Shown: one piece after another, positions 9,688 through 18,915 of the stretch
Numbering within the stretch: the stretch's first letter is position 1
Layout of the letters: the number at the start of each line of letters is the position of its first letter
From: an uncultured Gammaproteobacteria bacterium
GTDB taxonomy: Bacteria; Pseudomonadota; Gammaproteobacteria; UBA9214
Direction of reading: 5' to 3'
DNA length: 23,738 nt
NCBI GenBank assembly: GCA_963827755.1
Contig: CAWHCQ010000019.1
Span: 1 to 23,738 of the forward strand
The notes under the pieces: generated by a model
Told to the model about the DNA's origin: nothing
Databases searched by the model: none
Seen by the model: the letters and a program-made list of their open reading frames with translations, nothing else
Program-made: the position numbers and the translations under genes

Positions 9688-9769
9688 GGGGGCGCCTTAC
9701 AGGCGGGTATTTATTTTATGCGGGCTTTCGCGCCCGCCGGCGAGGCACCTTTCTCCGCTCCGCCGATTT
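9688..9769 (+). repeat. Truncated, degenerate third copy of the ~280-bp repeat unit
   Basis: GGGGCGCCTTACAGGCGGGTATTTATTTTATGCGGGCTTTCGCGCCCGCCGGCGAG resembles the start of the unit at 9777. Confidence 0.75.
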
Positions 9770-9776
9770 CTTTGTT

Positions 9777-10364
9777 GGAGCGCCTTGCAGGCGCGGTTTT
9801 ATTTGGATGCGGGCTCTCGCGCCCGCGCGGCGAGATACTTTCTTTGCTCCGCCAAGAGAAACGTATCCAAAAGAAAGGCGACCCGGAGGCTCAGCCCGAC
9901 TCATTTTCAAGCGTTCGGGTTCCCTGCGCTTCTCGCAAAACCGGCGCCATGCACAACTCGCAATCTCGCTGCGCTCGAAAGCTCAAACAGGGCGCTGCTA
10001 TTCTCCGGTATTGACTGCGGTGCTCGGTGCGTCCTACGGGAGGGGTAGATCAAAACCCCTGCCGGTGAGTATGGGGGGTAGATCTCCCCCCTCCCGTAGA
10101 CGCAGCCGAGCATCGCAGTGAAAACCGGATGAAGCATGCGCCCTGTCTGAGCTTTCGAGCGCAGCGAGATTGCGAGTTGCGCATGGCCGCCGGTTTTCGC
10201 GAGAAGCGCAGGGGACCCGATCACGCATTGAAAATGCAGTGATCGGTGCAGTGCTCCGGGCCGCCTTTCTCTTTGGATACTTTTCTTGGGCGAAGCAAAG
10301 AAAAGTATCTCGCCGGCGGGCGCGAGAGCCCGCATCAAATAAAACCGCGCCTGCAAGGCGCTCC
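9777..10364. repeat. ~590-bp imperfect palindrome made of two inverted copies of a ~280-bp REP-capped element
   Basis: 9777-10051 aligns along its length with the reverse complement of 10081-10364 (e.g. GGAGCGCCTTGCAGGCGCGGTTTTATTTG, CAACTCGCAATCTCGCTGCGCTCGAAAGCTCA). Central spacer is 29 nt. Confidence 0.92.
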
Positions 10365-10399
10365 CACAAATCGGCGCAGCAAAGAACAACCCCCCACCG

Positions 10400-10912
10400 T
10401 CAGGCCAACCCCGAAAACAAATTCTCCTCGAGAACACGCCGATACAAGCGCGCATCTCCGTCACTGAAACAACAGGCAATGATGCGCTCAAAGCGGTCTT
10501 CACAGGCGAGCATGGCGCTGACGGCGATCCGGGCGGCCTCTTCCTTTGGATAGCCGTAAATACCGGTGCTGATCGCAGGGAAGGCGATGGAGTGCACGTC
10601 GTTCTCGATGGCCAGTTCGAAACAGTTGCGGTAACAGGCCTTCAGCAGCGACGCCTCGTAGTGATTGCCGCCCTGCCACACCGGGCCGACGGTATGAATG
10701 ACCCGCCGTGCCGGCAGATCGAAACCCGGGCTCAGCTTTGCCTCCCCCGTGCGGCAGCCTTTCAGGGTGCGGCAATACTCGAGCAGCATCGGCCCGGCCG
10801 CCCTGTGAATCGCCCCGTCCACCCCGCCGCCGCCCAGCAAGCTGCCGTTGGCTGCGTTAACAATGGCATCAACCTCGAGCGTGGTGATGTCCGTACAAAT
10901 GATTTCAATCAT
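10400..10912 (-). CDS. ymdB: Macrodomain O-acetyl-ADP-ribose deacetylase (YmdB/MacroD-like)
   Basis: [34 protein letters not shown] and [15 protein letters not shown]. Confidence 0.93.
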   Translation of the reverse strand: MIEIICTDITTLEVDAIVNAANGSLLGGGGVDGAIHRAAGPMLLEYCRTLKGCRTGEAKLSPGFDLPARRVIHTVGPVWQGGNHYEASLLKACYRNCFELAIENDVHSIAFPAISTGIYGYPKEEAARIAVSAMLACEDRFERIIACCFSDGDARLYRRVLEENLFSGLA

Positions 10913-11005
10913 GCAGATGCCCGGTTACCATGGAATATGCTATAGCGTAGCAATCATTGCGGATTTTTCGTAGAGTAAACACAAACAAGGACTCCCGGGG
11001 GGAGC

Positions 11006-12501
11006 ATGTCACGTCTCATTACACTCTCGCGCGCCGCACGACTTGTTGGCGTCAAACGCGGGGCCCTGCAAAAAAAGATCCAGGCAGGTGAATTGCGCAC
11101 CTTCGAGGGTGAACTCCTGCTGGCCGACCTGCTGCATGCCTACCCTCAAACCAAGGTCGAAGACACCACCATGCTCGAGCGGGTCGAGCTGATCATGGAA
11201 CAGGCCGTCAACAAGATCATCCGCCCGGCAGAGGACACGCCGGACACGAATACCCTGGCTGCCCGCATCTTCGTTCTTGGCCAGGAACTGGGTGTGGCTC
11301 GCCAGCAGGCGCGATCGTACAAGGCACTGGCTGATGGCCTGCTGCAGAAATTCGATGAGCTTTCACCGACAGATGACAAGACGCGGGCACAGGCATTTAG
11401 TACACTGAAGGCGTGGTTTCTGCAGGAACTGGAATCCATGCAAGCGCCACAAGATGATTCGGAAATCCTTGCGAAGGAGGCCTTTCTCAGAGTTATGGCA
11501 GCCCAGGTACGCATCCTGCCCAGCGGGCATGAATTCTTTATTGAAGGTGCCGACTCCATACTGGAAGCCGGCCTGCGCGGCGGGCTTGCACTGAACTACG
11601 GCTGCAGCAATGGCAACTGCGGTTTATGCAAAGTCAAGGTCGTCTCCGGGACAGGTAAAGAAAATCTGCCCGCATGACTATGTCCTGACCGAGGCCGAAA
11701 AAGGCCTCGGCTATATCCTTGCCTGCAGCAACACGGCGGTGACCGACGTGGTACTGGAAGCCGACGAGGCACTCGGGTCAAAAGACATCCCCAACCAGGA
11801 ATTTGAAATCAAGGTCAAGAAGATCGAGCAACCCGACGACCACGTGATCCTCCTGCATGCCAGGACACCACGCACCAAAAGACTGCGATTCCTCGCCGGG
11901 CAGTACCTTTCCCTCGAGATTGCCGGCGTGCCCGCACAGGGCTGTTCTATCGCCAGCTGTCCCTGCGATAACATGAATCTTGAGTTTCACATACCGAACA
12001 TAAAGGGTAATTTATTCTGCGAAAAACTGGTCGACAGCATCGGGGCAAACAGCAACATAAGCATCAGCGGACCGCATGGTAACTTCATCCTTGACGAGGA
12101 TTCCCCCCGATCACTGGTTTTCATCGCGGGCAATGCCGGTTTCGGCCCGATAAAGAGCCTGGTCGAACACGCCATGTCACTCGACAGCGCAGAAACAATC
12201 GACCTCTTCTGGATTACGACGCCGGGACACAGCCACTATCTCGGCAACCTGTGCCGTTCCTGGGATGATGCGCTGGATAATTTCAGCTACACCGCGATGG
12301 AGGTGACTGAATCACGCTCCGTCGAACAGTTACTGCCGGACATCATCGACAGGCTCGGCGATGCAACCAACCTTGATTACTATGTCTGCCTGCCGGAATC
12401 GCTGCTGCATGGGAGTGGAATCATTCCTGCTCGAGTGCGGCATTCCGGCCGCACAGCTGCAACTGGAACCACTTCGTCAGCAGCCTTCGGCTTGCCAGTA
12501 A
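11006..12501 (+). CDS. Fusion of N-terminal HTH, [2Fe-2S] ferredoxin and FAD/NAD(P)-binding oxidoreductase domains; two apparent +1 frameshifts (~11648 and ~12411)
   Basis: LITLSRAARLVGVKRGALQKKI (HTH-like), CSNGNCGLC...LACS (2Fe-2S), RFLAGQY, GPHGNF and LVFIAGNAGFGPIKSLVE. The corrected frame reads VVSGQVKKICPH and ends ...ECGIPAAQLQLEP...CQ-stop, ~497 aa. Confidence 0.8.
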
Positions 12502-12522
12502 GCAACGGTTAATGCCTGTCTT

Positions 12523-12573
12523 GCAGGAGCGAGCGCCAGCTCGCGAACTTCGCCAGCTGGCGCTGGCTCCTGC
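12523..12573. repeat. REP doublet (REPIN-like)
   Basis: GCAGGAGCGAGCGCCAGCTCGCGAA...TTCGCCAGCTGGCGCTGGCTCCTGC; same family as 18792-18875. Confidence 0.85.
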
Positions 12574-12590
12574 GGGGTGATGAAGTGGCG

Positions 12591-12617
12591 TGCAGGGTGC
12601 ATTCCATGCACCCTGCA
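12591..12617. repeat. Perfect 12-bp hairpin (REP-like or terminator) after the sspB stop
   Basis: TGCAGGGTGCAT-TCC-ATGCACCCTGCA. Confidence 0.6.
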
Positions 12618-12619
12618 GC

Positions 12620-12997
12620 TTACTTGACGATTTTCAGTGCCGGCCGTTTGCCGGGTTTCGGGCCGCTGTCGTCGGGGTCCGTGTCGTCACCGTCTTCATT
12701 GAAGACCATGCCGCGACCGTTTTCCTTGGCGTATATCGCCAGCACGGACTCGATCGGCACGTACACCTCGGTGCCGATTCCACCGAAGCGCGCACTGAAA
12801 CCGATTGCATCGTTGCCCAGCATCAAACCCTCAACGGCATTCGGGCTGATATTCAATACGATCTTGCCATTCTGCCCCTGCTGCGCAGGGACATCCACGC
12901 CCTCTCCCTCCATGTCCACCAGCAGGTGCGGCGTCATTTCGTTATCAAGAATCCACTCATGGATGGCACGAATCAGGTAGGGACGACTGGTGGTCAT
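12620..12997 (-). CDS. sspB: ClpXP protease specificity-enhancing factor
   Basis: SRPYLIRAIHEWILDN, IVLNISPNAV, FSARFGG, AIYAKENGRGM and the C-terminal ClpX-binding tail RPALKIVK. Confidence 0.96.
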   Translation of the reverse strand: MTTSRPYLIRAIHEWILDNEMTPHLLVDMEGEGVDVPAQQGQNGKIVLNISPNAVEGLMLGNDAIGFSARFGGIGTEVYVPIESVLAIYAKENGRGMVFNEDGDDTDPDDSGPKPGKRPALKIVK

Positions 12998-13076
12998 AGG
13001 GAAAAAGACAGAATGAATGCGGCCATATAGCGAATATACCTCACACGGCCGCGGATTAAGCTGTAACGACCGGGAA

Positions 13077-13703
13077 TTATTCCCGCATTTCCCGCTCAAC
13101 CTCGGTGAGGCTGTCCTGGAATGTCTCGCGCTCGAACATACGCTCCGCGTAATCCATTACAGGCCTGGCCTGGCGCGGAAGCTCGACACCGTAGCGCTTC
13201 ATGCGCCAGAGTATCGGAACAATACTGGCATCGACCAGGGAAAACTCATCGCTGAGAAAGAAAGGTTTGGCCGCAAACACCTCGGCACTCGAAGTCAGGC
13301 TGTCGCGTAATATCTTGCGTGCCTTGCCGGCTGTTTTCTCACCCCTGGATTCCAGCTGCGGAATCAGTTCATACCAGTCCTGCTCGATACGATACAGGGC
13401 GAGACGTGTCCTCGCCCGGGAGACCGGATCAACCGGCATCAGCGGCGGATGCGGAAAGCGCTCATCGAGGTATTCCATAATGGCGCGCGGATCATAAAGC
13501 ACCAGTTCACGATCAACCAGGGTCGGCACCGTGTTGTAGGGATTCAGATCAAGCAGATCCTCCGGCTTATGATTGTTATCAACGTCCACAATTTCGACGG
13601 TGATGCCCTTCTCCGCCAGTACGACACGTACACGATGGCTCTGCGAACAACTGGCAGAAGAAAACAGATTCATTACGGAGCGGCGGTTGGCTACCAATGC
13701 CAT
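13077..13703 (-). CDS. sspA: Stringent starvation protein A (GST fold)
   Basis: SHRVRVVLAEKG, LNPYNTVPTLVDRELVLY and EYLDERFPHPPLMPVDPVSRA; lies between petC and sspB. Confidence 0.95.
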   Translation of the reverse strand: MALVANRRSVMNLFSSASCSQSHRVRVVLAEKGITVEIVDVDNNHKPEDLLDLNPYNTVPTLVDRELVLYDPRAIMEYLDERFPHPPLMPVDPVSRARTRLALYRIEQDWYELIPQLESRGEKTAGKARKILRDSLTSSAEVFAAKPFFLSDEFSLVDASIVPILWRMKRYGVELPRQARPVMDYAERMFERETFQDSLTEVEREMRE

Positions 13704-13752
13704 AGTGTTCAATCCCTAAGGGTTAACGTATCCGAAATTCGAAGAGTCCTGC

Positions 13753-14490
13753 CTAATGCACATCCTTCCAGTATTCCTTCTTCAGCAGATATGCAAGCAC
13801 CAGGAACATGAGCAGGAACAGGACAACCTTTATGCCCAGACTGCGCCTTTCGTACTTGGCCGGCTCACCCATGTAATCGAGAAAATTCACCAGGTCACGT
13901 GTTGCGCGATCAAATTCCTTCACTGACATCAGGCCCGGCTCTACCAGCTTGAGTGCCACGGACTTGCGCTCGTTGCCCTCGTGGTCCTTGACGGTGGTAA
14001 TAACCGGCTCCTGCCAGCCCTGCAATTCCCACATCACATGGGGCATACCCACATCGGCAAACACCAGGTTATTCACACCGATTATCTTTGTGTCATCCCG
14101 GTAGAAGCTGCGCAGATAGGTGTACAGCCAGTCGACACCCCGCGCGCGCGCGATCACGGTCAGATCAGGCGGCACGATACCGAACCATTCCTTGGCATCT
14201 TCGGCGTGGGTTGCCACGGTCATCAGGTCACCGGTCTTGCCGCCGGTGAACATGAGGTTTTCGCTGACCAGCTTCTCGTCGATACCGAGATCCTTGCCTA
14301 TACGCTCATAGCGCATCAAGGCAGCCGAGTGACAACTGAGACAGTAATTGACGAACAGGCGTGCACCACGTTGCAGCGACTGCTTGTTGGTCGGATCGAT
14401 ATTGGCAGCGTCGAGGTGAACACCACCACCGGCCGCCATTGCCCAGGCAGGTGCCAGTGTTAACAGCAAAACAAGAAGCATCTTTTTCAT
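13753..14490 (-). CDS. petC: Cytochrome c1 of the bc1 complex
   Basis: Signal peptide, SLQRGA, heme motif CLSCH, PPDL, MPHV and a C-terminal membrane anchor followed by KKEYWKDVH. Confidence 0.96.
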   Translation of the reverse strand: MKKMLLVLLLTLAPAWAMAAGGGVHLDAANIDPTNKQSLQRGARLFVNYCLSCHSAALMRYERIGKDLGIDEKLVSENLMFTGGKTGDLMTVATHAEDAKEWFGIVPPDLTVIARARGVDWLYTYLRSFYRDDTKIIGVNNLVFADVGMPHVMWELQGWQEPVITTVKDHEGNERKSVALKLVEPGLMSVKEFDRATRDLVNFLDYMGEPAKYERRSLGIKVVLFLLMFLVLAYLLKKEYWKDVH

Positions 14491-15728
14491 TATGACGTCA
14501 CCCTGTCAGGCACAGGCTTGGTCTTCTCAAACGCTGGAATAATAAGTAACGAGGCAAAGAACCCGAAATAAAGCAAACTGAAGACGCGGGCAATATTGGT
14601 GTAGAGCGGCGTCGCCGGCTGTGTTCCGAGGTATCCCAGGGCAATAAAACTGACCACGAAGATCCCGACAGCGACCTTGTAAATCGTGCCGCGGTAACGA
14701 ATTGACTTGACCGGGCTGCGATCAAGCCAGGGCAGCAGGAACAGTACGAAGATGGCTGCGCCCATTGCAACAACCCCGAGAAACTTGTCAGGCACGGCAC
14801 GCAGGATCGCGTAGTACGGTGTGAAGTACCACAAGGGCACAATGTGTTCCGGCGTCTTCAGCGAGTCGGCAGGGATGAAGTTGTCCTTTTCCAGGAACCA
14901 GCCGCCCATTTCCGGCATGAAGAAGACGATGATGGAGAAGATAATCAGGAACACGACCACCCCGACAATATCCTTCACGGTGTAGTAAGGGTGGAACGGA
15001 ATACCGTCGACGGGTATACCGTCATCACCCTTGTTTTTCTTGATATCGACACCGTCGGGATTGTTCGACCCGACTTCGTGCAGGGCGAGGATATGCAGCA
15101 CCACCAGTGCCAGCAATATGATCGGCACGGCGATCACGTGAAAGGCAAAGAAACGGTTCAGTGTCGCATCGGCGACAACGAAGTCACCGCGTATCCACAG
15201 GGCCAGCGCGTCACCGATTCCGGGAATGGCACCGAACAGTGAAATGATCACCTGCGCACCCCAGTAGGACATCTGGCCCCACGGCAGCAGGTAGCCCATG
15301 AAGGCCTCGGCCATCAGGCAAACGTAGATGATCATGCCGAAAATCCAGATCAGTTCCCTGGGCTTCTTGAAGGAGCCGTAGATAAGACCACGGAACATGT
15401 GCAGGTACACCACGATAAAGAACATGGAAGCGCCCGTTGAGTGCATATAGCGGATCAACCAGCCCCAGTTCACATCACGCATGATGTACTCGACCGAGTT
15501 AAAGGCCAGCGCGGCATCGGGCTTGTAGTTCATTGTCAGCCAGACACCGGTGAGAATCTGGAGCACCAGCACAAGTAAAGCCAGGGAACCGAAGTAATAG
15601 AAGAAGTTGAAATTTTTCGGGGCGTAGTAGCGGGCCAGGTGGTCATACCACATGCTGCTCAGCGGAAACCGTGCATCGATCCAGCCCAGCAGGCCACCCT
15701 GCCACTTTTCAGTCGTGTTACCGGCCAT
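14490..15728 (-). CDS. petB: Cytochrome b of the bc1 complex
   Basis: IRYMHSTGAS, HMFRG, GYLLPWGQMSYWGA, RFFAFH and TPEHIVPLWYF (PLWY variant of the PEWY motif). Confidence 0.98.
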   Translation of the reverse strand: MAGNTTEKWQGGLLGWIDARFPLSSMWYDHLARYYAPKNFNFFYYFGSLALLVLVLQILTGVWLTMNYKPDAALAFNSVEYIMRDVNWGWLIRYMHSTGASMFFIVVYLHMFRGLIYGSFKKPRELIWIFGMIIYVCLMAEAFMGYLLPWGQMSYWGAQVIISLFGAIPGIGDALALWIRGDFVVADATLNRFFAFHVIAVPIILLALVVLHILALHEVGSNNPDGVDIKKNKGDDGIPVDGIPFHPYYTVKDIVGVVVFLIIFSIIVFFMPEMGGWFLEKDNFIPADSLKTPEHIVPLWYFTPYYAILRAVPDKFLGVVAMGAAIFVLFLLPWLDRSPVKSIRYRGTIYKVAVGIFVVSFIALGYLGTQPATPLYTNIARVFSLLYFGFFASLLIIPAFEKTKPVPDRVTS

Positions 15729-16321
15729 TATGCAACCCCCCCGTCATCGCCAATCAGGATCTCGTTATCACCCAGGAAGCGGTGCGGCGGAACCGGGAGG
15801 TTCGTTGGCGCAGGCACACCGGCGTAGACACGGCCGGCCAGATCAAACCTGGAACCGTGACAGGGGCAGAAGAAACCGCCTTTCCAGTCCTTGCCAAGGT
15901 CGACCGGGGAGACATCCGGGCGGAAGGTGGGTGAACAACCAAGGTGGGTACAGATACCGACCAGGACGAGAATATCCGGCTTGATGGAGCGATACTCGTT
16001 GCGGGCATAGTCCGGTTGATCCGACTTTTCGGAAGACGGGTCGCTGACCTCGCCGTCCAGTTCGGTCACAGTCTCGAGCATGGCGTCGGTGCGTTTCACG
16101 ATCCAGACGGGCTTGCCGCGCCATTTCACTCGAATCATCTGTCCGGGACCGAGCTTGCTGATATCGGCGCGAACCGGCGCGCCGGCGGCGCGTGCCTTGG
16201 CGCTGGGCTGCATGGAAGAGACAAAGGGTACCAGCGTAAAACCGACCCCTACTGCACCGACGACGGTCGTCGCCAGGGTTAGAAACCGGCGTCGGCCGGA
16301 ATTGGCTGTATCGCCACTCAT
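15728..16321 (-). CDS. petA: Rieske iron-sulfur subunit of the bc1 complex
   Basis: Tat motif RRRFL; Rieske boxes CTHLGC and CPCHGS. Confidence 0.97.
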   Translation of the reverse strand: MSGDTANSGRRRFLTLATTVVGAVGVGFTLVPFVSSMQPSAKARAAGAPVRADISKLGPGQMIRVKWRGKPVWIVKRTDAMLETVTELDGEVSDPSSEKSDQPDYARNEYRSIKPDILVLVGICTHLGCSPTFRPDVSPVDLGKDWKGGFFCPCHGSRFDLAGRVYAGVPAPTNLPVPPHRFLGDNEILIGDDGGVA

Positions 16322-16452
16322 ACGGGCAATCTCCAGATTCGTTAGTTTTTACAGTTACTTATAATTTATAATCGGCCCGGTAAAACAGCCGCACGCAAAT
16401 AAAACAGATAAGAATATTCTGATATATTATATGCGCCTCGCAAGAACCGCAT

Positions 16453-16481
16453 AGGATGGTCTAACTACCCGGCAAGGTCAA
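16453..16481 (-). promoter_or_regulatory. Candidate sigma70 promoter for petABC
   Basis: Minus strand TTGACC, 17-bp spacer, CATCCT. Confidence 0.35.
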
Positions 16482-16574
16482 GGGCTGTACGGAAAAATCA
16501 CAGCCTGAAGCGGGTCCCGGAACACAGCCTGACAAGCGCATGGGACCGCGCCTGCCGATAAACGAGGGCCCTAG

Positions 16575-16733
16575 GAGCCTGTCGGACTTGGGACTGATCT
16601 ACTGCGCCGGCGGGACAACGGCCCATTTTTCCGATCCTCCTCGTCAAATAGCTACGGCTATTCTCCTCGAACGATCGAAAAAATGACCTCGTTCTCCCCC
16701 GGCTCGCTACGATCGCCCAAGTCCGACAGGCCC
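16575..16733. mobile_element. 159-bp MITE, probably IS5-family derived
   Basis: Terminal inverted repeats GAGCCTGTCGGACTTGGG and CCCAAGTCCGACAGGCCC (17/18 match). TAG on both flanks (16572-16574, 16734-16736); no transposase. Confidence 0.85.
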
Positions 16734-17491
16734 TAGACCGGGTTATCGCAGTCAATAAACAGGTGGCGGATAGCAAATTGACCGGCCAGGTGCTCGCCCA
16801 GGGCCTGCACTCCGTAACGCTCGGTCGCATGATGGCCGGCCGCGAAATAATGCAGGCCGCACTCCCGAGCGACATGCACGGTCTGTTCGGATATCTCCCC
16901 GCTGATAAACGCATCCAGCCCCTGTGCGGCGGCCGCCTCGATGTAGGACTGCGCCGCCCCCGTGCACCAGCCGACTCGCTGAATCATCCGCCCGGAGCCC
17001 GCAATGTGGAACGGTTCCCGGCCAAGGCGCTGCTGCAGCAGTGCGCCCAGTGCAGTCCCGTCAAGGGGGGTTGGCAAGAGCGCATGCTGTGCAAGCTGCA
17101 TACCGCCGTCATCACCGAATGTCCCGGCACTGTCAAAACCCAGCAGCCGTGCAAGCTGCGCATTGTTGCCGAACTGCGGATGTGCATCCAGTGGTAAATG
17201 ATAGGCGAGCAAACTGGTGTCTGCGGCCAAAAGCCGCTGCAGGCGCGCACGCTTCATACCGGTGATGCGCGCATCTTCGCCCTTCCAGAAATAGCCATGA
17301 TGTACCAGCAAGGCATCGGCACCCGCTTCGATGGCCGCCTCGATCAGGGCCATGCTGGCCGTCACCCCGGTAACCAGCAGCCCGACACCGGCGCGTCCCT
17401 CGACCTGCAAACCGTTCGGGCAATAGTCGCTGAACTTTTCCACAGACAACAATGTATCCGTATAATCAATCAGCGCTTTCAGGGTTATCAT
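16733..17491 (-). CDS. Nif3-like dinuclear metal center hexameric protein (YbgI family)
   Basis: DYCPNGLQVEG, VHHGYFW, YHLPLDAHP, CTGAAQ, FISGE, AGHHATERYG and C-terminal DNPV. Confidence 0.93.
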   Translation of the reverse strand: MITLKALIDYTDTLLSVEKFSDYCPNGLQVEGRAGVGLLVTGVTASMALIEAAIEAGADALLVHHGYFWKGEDARITGMKRARLQRLLAADTSLLAYHLPLDAHPQFGNNAQLARLLGFDSAGTFGDDGGMQLAQHALLPTPLDGTALGALLQQRLGREPFHIAGSGRMIQRVGWCTGAAQSYIEAAAAQGLDAFISGEISEQTVHVARECGLHYFAAGHHATERYGVQALGEHLAGQFAIRHLFIDCDNPV

Positions 17492-17572
17492 GTCTTCACT
17501 TCCTGCCAGGGTAACAAGGGACCATTCAGACTTCTTTCTACGCAAGTTACAGGACAACAGGGTATCCCACCC

Positions 17573-18763
17573 ATGCAAATACGCAAATTATTTTCCTTTC
17601 TGCTGCAGATAATTACCGGCGGCCTCGCCGCTGCCTTTCTCTACGTCCTGCTGGTCGAACCGGCTTTACTGCAGAAAAACGATACCCGTATTGTCGAGGT
17701 CCGCGAAACCAGCACACAGGCAGCAGCGCAGGACGTCACTGAAAAACGCCAGGACCGGGTCGGTCCTGTTTCCTATGCGGACGCGGTTGCGAGTGCAGCC
17801 CCGGCCGTGGTCAACGTGCACACGGCGAAAATCATTACCCGCCAGATTCACCCGCTGCTGGATGACCCGATCTTCAAGCACTTCTTCGGTGAACGTTTCA
17901 AGAACAGCCGCAAGGAAATCGAAACCAGCCTGGGCTCCGGGGTCCTGATCAGTGAACAGGGATACATACTTACCAACAATCACGTGATTGCGGGCGCAGT
18001 CGAGATCCAGGTGCTGCTGGCAGACGGCCGCAAGGCCAGTGCAAGCGTCGTTGGTACCGACGCCGATACCGACCTTGCGGTGCTGCACATCGAAACCGGC
18101 AATCTGCCAAGCATTATCATCGGCGATTCAAAGGGCATGCGTGTGGGCGATATCGCACTGGCAATCGGTAATCCGTTTGGTGTGGGTCAAACCGTTACCA
18201 TGGGAATTATCAGTGCGACAGGAAGAGATCAACTGGGCATCACCAACTACGATGATTTCATCCAGACGGATGCCGCGATCAATCCGGGTAATTCGGGGGG
18301 TGCACTGATCAATGCCCACGGCGAACTGATCGGCATCAACTCGGCCATTTACAGCCGTTCCGGTGGCTCGCAGGGCATCGGCTTCGCCATTCCCATCAGC
18401 ATGGCCAAGGGGGTCATGAAACAGATCATCGAGCAGGGTCACGTGGTGCGCGGCTGGCTAGGCATCGAGGCACAGGACCTGACGCCGCAACTGGCCGAAT
18501 CATTCAAACTGGCAACAACCGAGGGTGTGCTTATATCCGGCGTGCTGCGCAACGGGCCTGCCGATGACGCCGGCCTGCTGCCGGGCGACATCGTCATTTC
18601 CATCAACAACGTTCGGGTCACCGAGTCCCGGGAGGCGATGAAGATCATTTCCATGCAGCGGCCCGATACGTCCATTACGCTCGGCGTGATCCGCGATGGC
18701 GAGCCGCGCATCCTCAAGCCGCGGGTGAGCAGGCGCCCGGAACAGACCCTGCCGCAGGGTTGA
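17573..18763 (+). CDS. HtrA-family serine endoprotease with one PDZ domain (DegS/AlgW-like)
   Basis: N-terminal membrane anchor, catalytic triad in TNNHVI, DLAV and INPGNSGG, and a single PDZ domain (GWLGI...GPADDAGL). Start taken at MQIRKL. Confidence 0.93.
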   Translation: MQIRKLFSFLLQIITGGLAAAFLYVLLVEPALLQKNDTRIVEVRETSTQAAAQDVTEKRQDRVGPVSYADAVASAAPAVVNVHTAKIITRQIHPLLDDPIFKHFFGERFKNSRKEIETSLGSGVLISEQGYILTNNHVIAGAVEIQVLLADGRKASASVVGTDADTDLAVLHIETGNLPSIIIGDSKGMRVGDIALAIGNPFGVGQTVTMGIISATGRDQLGITNYDDFIQTDAAINPGNSGGALINAHGELIGINSAIYSRSGGSQGIGFAIPISMAKGVMKQIIEQGHVVRGWLGIEAQDLTPQLAESFKLATTEGVLISGVLRNGPADDAGLLPGDIVISINNVRVTESREAMKIISMQRPDTSITLGVIRDGEPRILKPRVSRRPEQTLPQG

Positions 18764-18791
18764 ATTCTGCAGGTTCATTCTATAAATCAAT

Positions 18792-18875
18792 TGTAGGAGC
18801 GAGCGCCAGCTCGCGAAGATTTTGCGAAGACCTCGCAATTAGCCGGGTTTTCGCCAGCTTGCGCTGGCTCCTACA
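18792..18875. repeat. REP doublet (REPIN-like) between convergent genes
   Basis: TGTAGGAGCGAGCGCCAGCTCGCGAA...TTCGCCAGCTTGCGCTGGCTCCTACA. Confidence 0.88.
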
Positions 18876-18915
18876 GTTTATTTATAAATATACAATTTAT
18901 TGGTAGTCCATTGTT

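Noticed and set aside
9688-10364. CRISPR array
   Set aside because: The repeats are long and inverted, with no regular repeat-spacer period and no cas genes.
9665-10553. Cluster of 64-198 aa ORFs over the large palindrome
   Set aside because: Mirror-image Arg/Ala/Ser-rich translations on both strands arise from the repeat and show no protein motifs.
2342-10912. Fic and macrodomain as a writer/eraser pair
   Set aside because: They are about 7 kb apart and separated by core genes. Fic is on an islet, and macrodomains act on ADP-ribose rather than AMP adducts.
14813-14850. PLWY instead of PEWY in cytochrome b as a defect
   Set aside because: Non-Glu variants of this motif (such as PVWY) are known in beta- and gammaproteobacterial cytochrome b, and the rest of the protein is intact.
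16498-16914. 138-aa ORF as a possible MITE transposase
   Set aside because: It overlaps the Nif3-like gene out of frame, runs across the MITE boundary and has no DDE features.
17198-17572. N-terminal extensions in the ORF track (protease from 17198; also guaB 7128, Nif3-like 17578, sspB 13099, M23 8530)
   Set aside because: Several overlap neighbouring genes or promoters, and family-typical N-termini begin at downstream ATGs.
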